Assembly: GCA_044230345.1 (NCBI GenBank)
Contig: JBGARF010000013.1
Coordinates: 90,370-154,369, forward strand
From: Limisphaerales bacterium
GTDB taxonomy: Bacteria; Verrucomicrobiota; Verrucomicrobiia; Limisphaerales; JADJPG01
Direction: 5' to 3'
Length of the DNA: 64,000 bases
The notes below the pieces were generated by a model, which was not told the DNA's origin, searched no databases, and saw only the letters and a program-made list of their open reading frames with translations. Positions 54,701-61,982 of this stretch are shown in pieces (the first letter of the stretch is position 1; the number at the start of each line of letters is the position of its first letter). Both the position numbers and the translations under genes were made by a program.

Positions 54701-57700
54701 GCACGTGGATGAACGGCGGCTGCGGACCGGGGTTCGCCGCGCCGACACCGGCGATGCCGCTGCCGGTCAGGTAGCCGACGCGCGGTGTGAGGTATTCGTT
54801 TTTGATGCGGTCATTGGCTTGCTGGAGCGTGTAAGTGCCGCCTGGGAAGTGCGCGCTCGATCCCCAGCGGGCCCGATCGGCGCTCACATCAGGGCCGAGA
54901 AGCGCCACGAGTTGATCGATGCGCCGCGCATAGTATCCGCTGACGAGCTGCTCCTCCGCGAGCGTGCGGATGCGTCGCAGGAGCATTTCGCGAGTGCGCG
55001 GAACATTCACGATCGCCTCAATGAAACGGTTGTATTTAGTGGCGTGCAGCATGTAGGGCCGCGCCCCGATGAACGGATGGCTCGGCGCATAAGGCGTGTT
55101 GGTGTTCTGCTGGTTGAAGACAATGTTGTCCGTGTTCAGGGAGTCGGGCCCAAAGGTCAGATCGAGATCCCAGGGCAGAACGCGCCATTCGCGCGTGCCG
55201 AGCGTGTCGCGGTAGACGTAATGGTTCTTGTCGGACGCGTCGATGTTCTGCTGCACGGCGACGATCGCGGTGACGTTGACCATGCCGGGGAGATCGACGT
55301 TGTCGAAGAGGAAGTTTTCCAGCGCGACGCCCGGCAGGGCGAGTCCGTTGATCAGGGCTTGAAGATCCGCGCTGCCTTCTGTCAGGCGGGTTTTCTTTTC
55401 AAAAGCGGTGACGGTTTCGTAGGTGGCGTTGGCGCCGCCGTTGAACCCGGCCTTGTAGAAGGCGCCATCGGCGTCCAGGCCCCAGCGGCGCAGAAAATCG
55501 CGGTCCGGCTGCTCCGTCCAAAGTGCGACACTGTAGAACGCCCCGTTCTGCCTTAGATGCGCGTGGAACGTTTCGATGACGGGTTGGCCCGCGTCACGGT
55601 AGCCTTCGTAAGCAATCACCTTCCGATTGTAAGACTTGTCGGTGTAGGTGGTGTTCCAGTCGAACTCGCTCACCCGCGCCTGTCCGTCCCGGAGGCGGAA
55701 GTGAAACCCTTCATTAAATTCTACCTTGTAGCTTTTCTTTGGCGCGCCGCGCGAGGTGCCGCCGCGGAGCCGGACGAAAATGTTGTCGTAGAACTCCCCG
55801 TCGTAGAAAAGCGAGGAGCGCGTGCCAGTGGCGGCGGTGGCGGCGGTGGGGTTTTGCACGAACCAATGGAAGACGGGGAGCGGCGTGGTGATGGACGGGT
55901 CGGGGATCATTGTGCCTTGATATTCCGGCGATCCCGCGGGGTCGATGAACAAGGGTTCGCGGGAGTCGCGACCGGTGGCATCGAGTGCGGTGACGCGGTA
56001 GCGGACCATTTGGCCGGGGTCGCTCGCGCTCGCGGGAATGGTCGCCCCAAACAGGCCATCGCCGGGCAGGCCGTCACCGTGCGCCCCGTCATCGAACATG
56101 GGCGTTGCAACTTCGTTGGAATACATCACCCGATAGTTGAGGGTGACATTCGTCACTGCGCCGAACGCCTGACGGACGCGCACGGTCACCAGCAAATCTT
56201 GCGTGTCGGTCGGGACCGCCGGCGTGTGGGCGAGTTCCGAGAGGATGGGGCCAAGCACCTCGACGCCGCCGACATTGGCCGAGCCGGGCGTGGGCGTGGC
56301 GAAGTAGCGCTGCGAAGCGGCAAGTTGCAACGTCGAGCGCGCTGCAATCGTTGGGGCGACGAGCAGGTCGCTGCTGTCAAGGCGGGCGTTGAGGGCGTGA
56401 ATGACCAGCCAGTTCGTCCCTGGTACGAGCAGGGGTTCGAACTCGGCCAGGTCGTAGGTCTCGCCGACCAGCACGTCGCCATCGGCTCGGTTCGTCGTGG
56501 AGAAGGAGTTCCAGGCGAGCTGGTCGGGGACGTAGTAGCGCAAGATTTCCTCGCCGTTCAGCCACATCACGCAGCCGTCGTCGCATTGCAGGCGAAGCGT
56601 CCAGTCCGCGAAGTCGAGCGGGTTCGTCACGACAAACGGAATGCGGATGTAGACCGACGGAGCGCGGTTAAACATCTGGGCGCCCACGTCGGTGCGGAAG
56701 AGGCCGGCATAATTTTCCGGAGATGTTTCGTAGCCAACGAAATTGGAGCCGGCCTCCCACGCGGAGTCGTCGAAGCCCGGCAGAATCCAATTCGTGCCGA
56801 GCGCGTCGTTGGTGGGGACGAGCCATCGCAACGATGTGCCGTTGGTCAGGAAGTTCTGGGGCGGGGCGAACGCGGCAAAGCCATAGGAGACATTGGGCGC
56901 CTGCGTTGGGAAGGTGGGGGCGAATTGCGAGACGATGTTGGTATTGGCGTCCACCAACGCGAGGTATTCACCGCCCGCGCTCAGGGAAAAGTTCGCGTGC
57001 AATTCACCATTGCGCACCGACGGTATTTTGCCGGAGGCAAACACGACGAGGTACGCGCCGGAGGCGAGGTTGGTGGCGGGGAAGAGCCATTGGCGAAGAT
57101 TGTTCGTGCGATCGGTGAGCGACCAGTTGGCCAGGTTCACCGCGGCGGCGGTGCCATTGTGAATCTCAATCCAGTCTGGGCTATCACCGTCCGCGTCTTT
57201 GAGCGCGCCGTTATTCTGGGCCATGAATTCGGTGATCGACACCAGGCCGTTGGTGGCGGGCGGTGCGTCAGCGCTGGACAGGCTTTGTCCGTTCAGGCCG
57301 GCGCCGTAGATGGCAAGGACTTCGCCGACGGAAAGCGCGCGGTTCCAGAGACCGAGATCGTCCATCCTGCCTTGCCAGAATCCGGGCGATCCGGTGTCGG
57401 GTCCGGTTCCGGCGTCGTTGAGCTTTACCCCAATGCCCAACGCGGCCATCGGCGAGTTGGCCAGGTTGCCGACGTAGGCCGCGGACCCAACCTCCGTGCC
57501 GTTGCGATAGAGGCGAAGGGTGGAGCCGTCCGCGGTCAAGGCGACGTGCTGCCACGAGCCCAGCGGGAAGGGCGTATTCTCGCGGGCGTTGGGGAAGACT
57601 CCGCCCTCGGTCTGAAGGAAGTTGCTCAAATCTCCGGCGTTGTCCTGCAGACCGAAGTGAAATTGTCCCGCCGCGCTGCCGCCCCAGTTCTTCAAAATGC

Positions 57701-58121
57701 TCGCCCAGGACGGGCGCGCGTCGGCCCAGACCCAGGCCGATACGGACATGGCGCCGGAGAGCTTGGGATACTTCGGAACGCGGACGTATTCGTTGGGACC
57801 CGGCCCGCGGAAGTTCAACGCGCCGCCGATCTTTCCGGCAACCCATTGCGAGTTGTCTGCGGGAAAACTGTTCAGTGCGCCTGAATTGGCATTGGTGGTG
57901 GAATCGGCGGCAGCGAGGCCGTTCGTTTCGTCGAAGCGCCAGTAGGCAACCAACCCGTCCGTGACGGCGGCGCGCGTGTTCGCCGCGCCGGCTATGATGA
58001 GCAGGGCAAGGGAGACAACGCGGCGCGCCTGGCGACGCCGCGCCGGGGAAGAATGACCGAGGTTGGCGCCGAGCTTGATCCACCTCCAGGCGCTGCCAAA
58101 ACGAAGGTCGTGGGTATTCAT
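51714..58121 (-). CDS. Giant secreted protein: LamG - LTD - CotH kinase-like - 3x LTD - 3x Ig - TSP3-like - C-terminal beta domain (paralog of 33909..40091)
   Basis: Trimmed to ATG 58121 (MNTHDLRF...). LamG domain: LVAYWRFDETNG...GQFHFGL...LRLYRNG...DDLGLWNRALS. LTD motifs: SITEFMAQ..DWIEIHN, LRITEIMYHP..FEFIELQN, IVINEAL..TIELFN and VVITEIMFHP..EFIELLN. CotH-like core: KKSYKVEFNEGFHF...FYSVALWTEQPDRDFL. Ends ...RFYRVVTPQQP. Confidence 0.9.
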   Translation of the reverse strand: MNTHDLRFGSAWRWIKLGANLGHSSPARRRQARRVVSLALLIIAGAANTRAAVTDGLVAYWRFDETNGLAAADSTTNANSGALNSFPADNSQWVAGKIGGALNFRGPGPNEYVRVPKYPKLSGAMSVSAWVWADARPSWASILKNWGGSAAGQFHFGLQDNAGDLSNFLQTEGGVFPNARENTPFPLGSWQHVALTADGSTLRLYRNGTEVGSAAYVGNLANSPMAALGIGVKLNDAGTGPDTGSPGFWQGRMDDLGLWNRALSVGEVLAIYGAGLNGQSLSSADAPPATNGLVSITEFMAQNNGALKDADGDSPDWIEIHNGTAAAVNLANWSLTDRTNNLRQWLFPATNLASGAYLVVFASGKIPSVRNGELHANFSLSAGGEYLALVDANTNIVSQFAPTFPTQAPNVSYGFAAFAPPQNFLTNGTSLRWLVPTNDALGTNWILPGFDDSAWEAGSNFVGYETSPENYAGLFRTDVGAQMFNRAPSVYIRIPFVVTNPLDFADWTLRLQCDDGCVMWLNGEEILRYYVPDQLAWNSFSTTNRADGDVLVGETYDLAEFEPLLVPGTNWLVIHALNARLDSSDLLVAPTIAARSTLQLAASQRYFATPTPGSANVGGVEVLGPILSELAHTPAVPTDTQDLLVTVRVRQAFGAVTNVTLNYRVMYSNEVATPMFDDGAHGDGLPGDGLFGATIPASASDPGQMVRYRVTALDATGRDSREPLFIDPAGSPEYQGTMIPDPSITTPLPVFHWFVQNPTAATAATGTRSSLFYDGEFYDNIFVRLRGGTSRGAPKKSYKVEFNEGFHFRLRDGQARVSEFDWNTTYTDKSYNRKVIAYEGYRDAGQPVIETFHAHLRQNGAFYSVALWTEQPDRDFLRRWGLDADGAFYKAGFNGGANATYETVTAFEKKTRLTEGSADLQALINGLALPGVALENFLFDNVDLPGMVNVTAIVAVQQNIDASDKNHYVYRDTLGTREWRVLPWDLDLTFGPDSLNTDNIVFNQQNTNTPYAPSHPFIGARPYMLHATKYNRFIEAIVNVPRTREMLLRRIRTLAEEQLVSGYYARRIDQLVALLGPDVSADRARWGSSAHFPGGTYTLQQANDRIKNEYLTPRVGYLTGSGIAGVGAANPGPQPPFIHVQFHSLDVNPASGNQQQEYICVTNPNPVAVDLTGWRVRGDVEFDFKPATVMTSNSVMYLSPNVTEFRARNAGPRGGQGLFVQGNYQGNLSARGGSLQLIDRWGRTVQTLGHPAAPSLAQQFLRITEIMYHPAPLAGNTNSAEEFEFIELQNTSPTQALDLTGIRFISGIEFNFAGSAVTTLAANARVLIVKNPAAFAARYGSGLPVAGGFTGSLDNSGERLRLVDARGEEILDFDYENGWHPITDGHGFSLVIADATAAFDTWGRKTSWRASGALGGSPGASEPTPPALAPIVINEALTRTDVAPPTDTIELFNPTATNVNIGGWFLSDAFNTPKKFRIPDATTIGAGSYAVFTEAQFNPLGAGFALGSDGGQVWLFSADANTNLTGRVHGFRFGAAENGVTFGRHVTSTGDEHFVAQTFVTLNALNSGPRIGPVVITEIMFHPPDLGTNDNSADEFIELLNLTAGTVQLFDPANAANTWKLSGSADFTFPTNKSLAPGERLLLVNFNPTTDPAALVAFRAKYSVGPSVQLFGPYSGKLDNSGGDVELKKPATPLPSGVPYVIVDKVDYNDSTPWPGADGDGTSLQRRSANAYGNDPANWVAAAPGAAAPYATGGVPVITAQPTGQSVVAFQSATFTVIANGDGPLRYQWRHNGINLINGTNAALMLTNIQYSQLGSYDVSVFNGSGSAWSSNALLTIIVAPIILQQPQSLTVLSGASATFTVAATGTGTLAYQWRRDGANIPGATNASFTLSNLLPANSGVITVVISDDIGSIVSAPAVLSVLDSPVIVSGPTPVFQEALQGATFNIAVTATGTPPLSYRWRRNNITVLNQTNALLRVTNAASANAGNYTVIVTNNAGAVTSVVAVVTFAPDFDRDGLSDNWERLHGFNTNLVADAAEDADGDGMLNWQEYVAGTNPTNALSYLKIDTLTARPATLGFLAVSNRTYTVRFSDRVAGGQWQTLAHVPARATNRLELIPDPAYATNRFYRVVTPQQP

Positions 58122-58141
58122 AATTCTGGTCCCACGGAAGA

Positions 58142-58172
58142 CCGGGGCCGGAGTTGTGATTTCCGGCCCCGG
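58142..58172 (-). promoter_or_regulatory. Intergenic 10-bp stem-loop between the two co-directional giant genes
   Basis: ccggggccgg-N11-ccggccccgg is a perfect 10-bp stem. It lies 35 nt after the stop at 58207 and 21 nt before ATG 58121. No U-tract follows, so its function is unclear. Confidence 0.4.
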
Positions 58173-58206
58173 CGTCACACGGGTCTGACTGTGATGCGTC
58201 TGCGCT

Positions 58207-61200
58207 CTATTGTTTCTGCAGCCGGTAGAACTTGTGGCCGTTTGCCGCGCTGACGGTGACCGAGTAGCGGTCAGCCGTGAGCGTGGCCACGCCAGCGGGA
58301 CTCCACGTCGCCGCGGGCAGCACGTCCGATTGTTCGAGCATGAAACATTTCCCGACGGGCGCCGCGGGCCACGAAATGATCACGTCGCCACCGGAGCGAA
58401 CAATGCGCAGGTGCGGCAGCGGGCTCGCCTCGGTCAAGCTGCGTCCTTCGAGGCCGGCGAGGTAGATGGCTCGGATTTCTGAGGCCCCGAGACCGCGGTT
58501 CCACAGGCCCATGTCGTCCATCTTGCCGTCCCAGAAGCCAGGTGCTCCGCCGTCGGGCACCAAGCCGGAATCGTCCGTCTTGCAGCCGATGGCCAGCGAC
58601 GACATGACCGGCGTATTGAGGATGGTGCCGTTGTAAGGCGTGGATGCCACCTGCGCGCCGTTGCGGTAAATCCGCATCTGGGCGCCGTCGCAGACGAAGG
58701 CGACGTGCTGCCACGTTCCGAGGGGGAACTGGGCGCCTTCGCGCGTCACGAACAAGCCGCCGCCGTTATCGATTTGGTAATTGCTGAGGTCGCCATCGCC
58801 GGCATTCAATCCGAAGTGGAATTGTCCGGCGGTGGCGCCTCCCCAGTTCTTGGCGATGCTTGCCCAGGTCGGGCGCGAGTTGGCCAGCACCCAGGCTGAA
58901 ATGGTCATCGTCGTCGTGGGCTTGGGATAATTCGCCACGTACACCCAGTTCTGCGAACCCTGCCCGCTGAAGCTCAGCGCCCCGCCGATTTGCCCGGCCA
59001 CCCATTGCGAGTTGTCTCCCGGGAAGTTGTTCAAAACGCCGGCGTTCGCATTGTCGGTGGAATCGCTGGCGGACACGCCGCTTGTCTCATCGAATTTCCA
59101 ATGACCCGTCAGCCCGGCCGTGATGAGCGTCGTCGGCAGAGGCGTGATGCTGATGGTGGCGGGCGGCGCGCTCGTCACGCAGCCGACGGCGTTGCAGACG
59201 ACGACGCTAAAGCCGCCGCTCTCGCCCGCGCACAGGTTGTTCAGGGTGAGACTGGAGTTGGTCTCGCCCGAGATGGCCGCGCCGTTTCTGTACCATTGGT
59301 AGGCGAGCGGTGATGTGCCGGCTGCGCCAACGGTGAAAGTCGCGCTGCCGCCTTCGTCGGTGGTCTGATCCTGCGGCTGCGAACCAATGGACGGGGCCAC
59401 CGCGCCGACGATCGCCTCGTTGAGCGGGTTGCCGTTCACGCCGGCGCTGTAGATGGCGAGAATCTCGTCCGCGGACAGGCCGCGGGTCCACAGGCCAAGA
59501 TCATCGATCTTGCCCTGCCACTGGCCCGAGGCCGCAGTGCCCGCGTCGTTGAGCTTCGCTCCAATCGACAACGCCGCCAATGGCGACGGATTGATCAGGC
59601 TGCCGTTGTAGGCGGTGACGGCGACTTGCACGCCGTTGCGGTAAATTCTCATCTGCGCCCCATCGCAGACGAAAGCCACATGCTGCCAGGAACCCAAGGG
59701 GATCGCTGCGGCCTCGCGCGTGTTCGGAGTTCCGCCTCCTTGTTGCTGGATGAAATTGCTGATGTCGCCGGCAGTATCAAACAAGCCGAAGTGAAACTGG
59801 CCGGCGATCGCGTCGGCCCAGTTCTTGATCACCGTTGCCCACTGCGGCCGGGCGTCGGCCCAGACCCAGGCGCTCACGCTCATGGTCCCGCCGGATTGCG
59901 GGTAGCGGTCCACCTTCACGAACTCTCCGTTGGCCGGACCACGAAAATTCAAAGCGCCGCCGATTCGGCCGGCAGACACCCATTGGGAATCGTCGTCGGG
60001 AAAATTGTTCAACGCGCCGTTGTTGTCGTTGCCGGAGTTGTCGATGAGCAGCGCGCCGGTGCCTTCGTCGAAATTCCAATAGCCCGCGAGCGCATCGGTG
60101 ATGCCCGCGACGGCTGTCACCGTCAGCACCGCCGGGGCGCTGGTGAGGCTGTGACCGCCGGTGTCGCTGACGACCACCGTGTAGGTGCCGGCGCTGGCGG
60201 TGGCGAGGCTGGCGAAACGCAGGGTGGTGTTCGTGGCGCCGGATACATCTGCGTCGTTGCGCCTCCATTGATAAGCGAGATCGCCCACGCCGCCCGCCGC
60301 CGCGACCGAGAGCGCGGCGGCTTCGCCGGCAAAGCGCGTAAGATCGGCCGGCTGGCGCGTGATGACGAGTTCCGGGCCCAGGCCGAACAGCTGGCGAATC
60401 TGACTGAGGGAAAGCACCCCGTTCCACACGGTGAATTCATCGAACGAGCCGGCGAAGTCACTGCCCCAATTGCTGACGGGCGCGAGGCTGATTTTGTTTT
60501 CAGCGCCGGGGATGTTGGCGAGCGCCTGCGCGCCCGACCCGATGCTCGTGGCGTCCAGGTAAACGGTCGTCAGATTGTCCGCGCCATTGTGGGTGAGGGT
60601 GAGCATCGCCCAACGGCCGGTCGGATAAGGAATGCCCGTGCTCAAGTCCACGGAGTTGCCCCAGCTGTAGATCCCCCCGCTGAAATTCAGAAAGCCGCGC
60701 GCCGTGCCGGCACCCGTATCCAGGACCGGGCCGAACCCGCCGATGTAAGCCAGCGCCGGCGGCGCGTCAGGCAGGTTCACCCAGAGATTCATGGACCACG
60801 AGGCGTTCCCGGTCATGGGAAGGAAACGTGCCGCCGTGTTCTGAATCATGTCCGCGCTGGCGAGGCTGGCGGCCTGCCCGAAGCGGCCAGCGACGAAGGT
60901 CGGAGAACCTGTGGCGGTGCCGTGATTCTCGAAACCGGACGTGTCACTCAGATTGTTCTCGAACTTCCATTCGACGACCTTTTGCGCGACCAGCCCATTG
61001 CCGCCCACGAACAGGTTGGCGATTTGCGGCGCGGTCAACACCCCCTCCCAGATGCTGAATTCGTCGAACGATCCGGCGAGATCGCTGCCCCAATTGCTGA
61101 CTGGGGCGAGGCTGATTTTGTTCTCAGCCCCAGGGATGTTGGCGAGCGCCTGCGCGCCCGAAGCGATGCTCGCGCCGTCCAGGTAAATCGTCGTCAGGTT

Positions 61201-61680
61201 GTCCGCGCCATTGTGAGTGAACGTGAGCATCGCCCACCGGCCGGTGGGATAAGGAATGCCGGTGCCCAGGTCCACGGAATTGCCCCAGCTGTAAATTCCA
61301 CCGCTGAAATTCAGGAAGCCGCGCGCCGTGCCCACGCCTGTATCCAGGACCGGGCCGAACCCGGCAACGTAGGCGAGGCTATCGGGTGGCGCCGACAGGT
61401 TGACCCAAAGATTCATCGACCAAGAGGCATTGCCCGCCATCGGGAGGCCGGTGGCAGCGGTCTTCTGGATCAGATCGGCGGTGGCCAGGCTGACGCCTTG
61501 GCCAAAACGCCCCGCGACGAAGGTCGGGGCGCCGGTGGCCGTGCCGTGATTGCCGTTGCCGGAGGTGTCATTGAGGTTGTCCTCGAACTTCCATTCAGAA
61601 ACGAGGGTGGCCGCGGCGGCAGTGTTGGACCACTGGGATAGACCGGCGAGAACGGCGAGGAGGAGGGCTTTGGTTTTCAT
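58207..61680 (-). CDS. Secreted multi-LamG / Ig protein (2 tandemly duplicated LamG-A modules, Ig, LamG-B, Ig, LamG-B, C-terminal beta domain)
   Basis: Trimmed to ATG 61680 (signal MKTKALLLAVLAGLSQWSNTAAAA). LamG hallmarks: W(K/N)F(E/D)..., GQFHFGL, MRIYRNG, DD(L/M)GLW(T/N)RGL. Ig repeats contain LAYQW(R/Y)RN. Ends ...KFYRLQKQ. Confidence 0.87.
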   Translation of the reverse strand: MKTKALLLAVLAGLSQWSNTAAAATLVSEWKFEDNLNDTSGNGNHGTATGAPTFVAGRFGQGVSLATADLIQKTAATGLPMAGNASWSMNLWVNLSAPPDSLAYVAGFGPVLDTGVGTARGFLNFSGGIYSWGNSVDLGTGIPYPTGRWAMLTFTHNGADNLTTIYLDGASIASGAQALANIPGAENKISLAPVSNWGSDLAGSFDEFSIWEGVLTAPQIANLFVGGNGLVAQKVVEWKFENNLSDTSGFENHGTATGSPTFVAGRFGQAASLASADMIQNTAARFLPMTGNASWSMNLWVNLPDAPPALAYIGGFGPVLDTGAGTARGFLNFSGGIYSWGNSVDLSTGIPYPTGRWAMLTLTHNGADNLTTVYLDATSIGSGAQALANIPGAENKISLAPVSNWGSDFAGSFDEFTVWNGVLSLSQIRQLFGLGPELVITRQPADLTRFAGEAAALSVAAAGGVGDLAYQWRRNDADVSGATNTTLRFASLATASAGTYTVVVSDTGGHSLTSAPAVLTVTAVAGITDALAGYWNFDEGTGALLIDNSGNDNNGALNNFPDDDSQWVSAGRIGGALNFRGPANGEFVKVDRYPQSGGTMSVSAWVWADARPQWATVIKNWADAIAGQFHFGLFDTAGDISNFIQQQGGGTPNTREAAAIPLGSWQHVAFVCDGAQMRIYRNGVQVAVTAYNGSLINPSPLAALSIGAKLNDAGTAASGQWQGKIDDLGLWTRGLSADEILAIYSAGVNGNPLNEAIVGAVAPSIGSQPQDQTTDEGGSATFTVGAAGTSPLAYQWYRNGAAISGETNSSLTLNNLCAGESGGFSVVVCNAVGCVTSAPPATISITPLPTTLITAGLTGHWKFDETSGVSASDSTDNANAGVLNNFPGDNSQWVAGQIGGALSFSGQGSQNWVYVANYPKPTTTMTISAWVLANSRPTWASIAKNWGGATAGQFHFGLNAGDGDLSNYQIDNGGGLFVTREGAQFPLGTWQHVAFVCDGAQMRIYRNGAQVASTPYNGTILNTPVMSSLAIGCKTDDSGLVPDGGAPGFWDGKMDDMGLWNRGLGASEIRAIYLAGLEGRSLTEASPLPHLRIVRSGGDVIISWPAAPVGKCFMLEQSDVLPAATWSPAGVATLTADRYSVTVSAANGHKFYRLQKQ

Positions 61681-61982
61681 GAGTTGTGTGAGCGCGGCGA
61701 TCAAGCCGAGAAGTCGGTTGCCGCACCCGATTGACGGGTGCGTAACGGTGCGACGAGCTTGTGCCTGGGCTGGCATAAGGGATGCCGGCAAGTATGCCGT
61801 TCCATCCGAGTTTAGGTAGTCCACCAAACGGGGTACAAACCCCCTGAGCCATGCCCGCCTTCGGAAACCACAGCGCGACCAACGGCCGGCGCGCGCTGTA
61901 CCCCGTTTTGCGGACATGCGCACGTCGACGAAGCGGGTGCATCGTGACGCCCGACTCAAAACGGCACAGACGCAAAACTGCA

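Noticed and set aside
60360-61608. LamG module duplication as a diversity-generating retroelement (TR/VR pair)
   Set aside because: No reverse transcriptase is nearby. The differences between copies involve all base types rather than adenine-specific substitutions.
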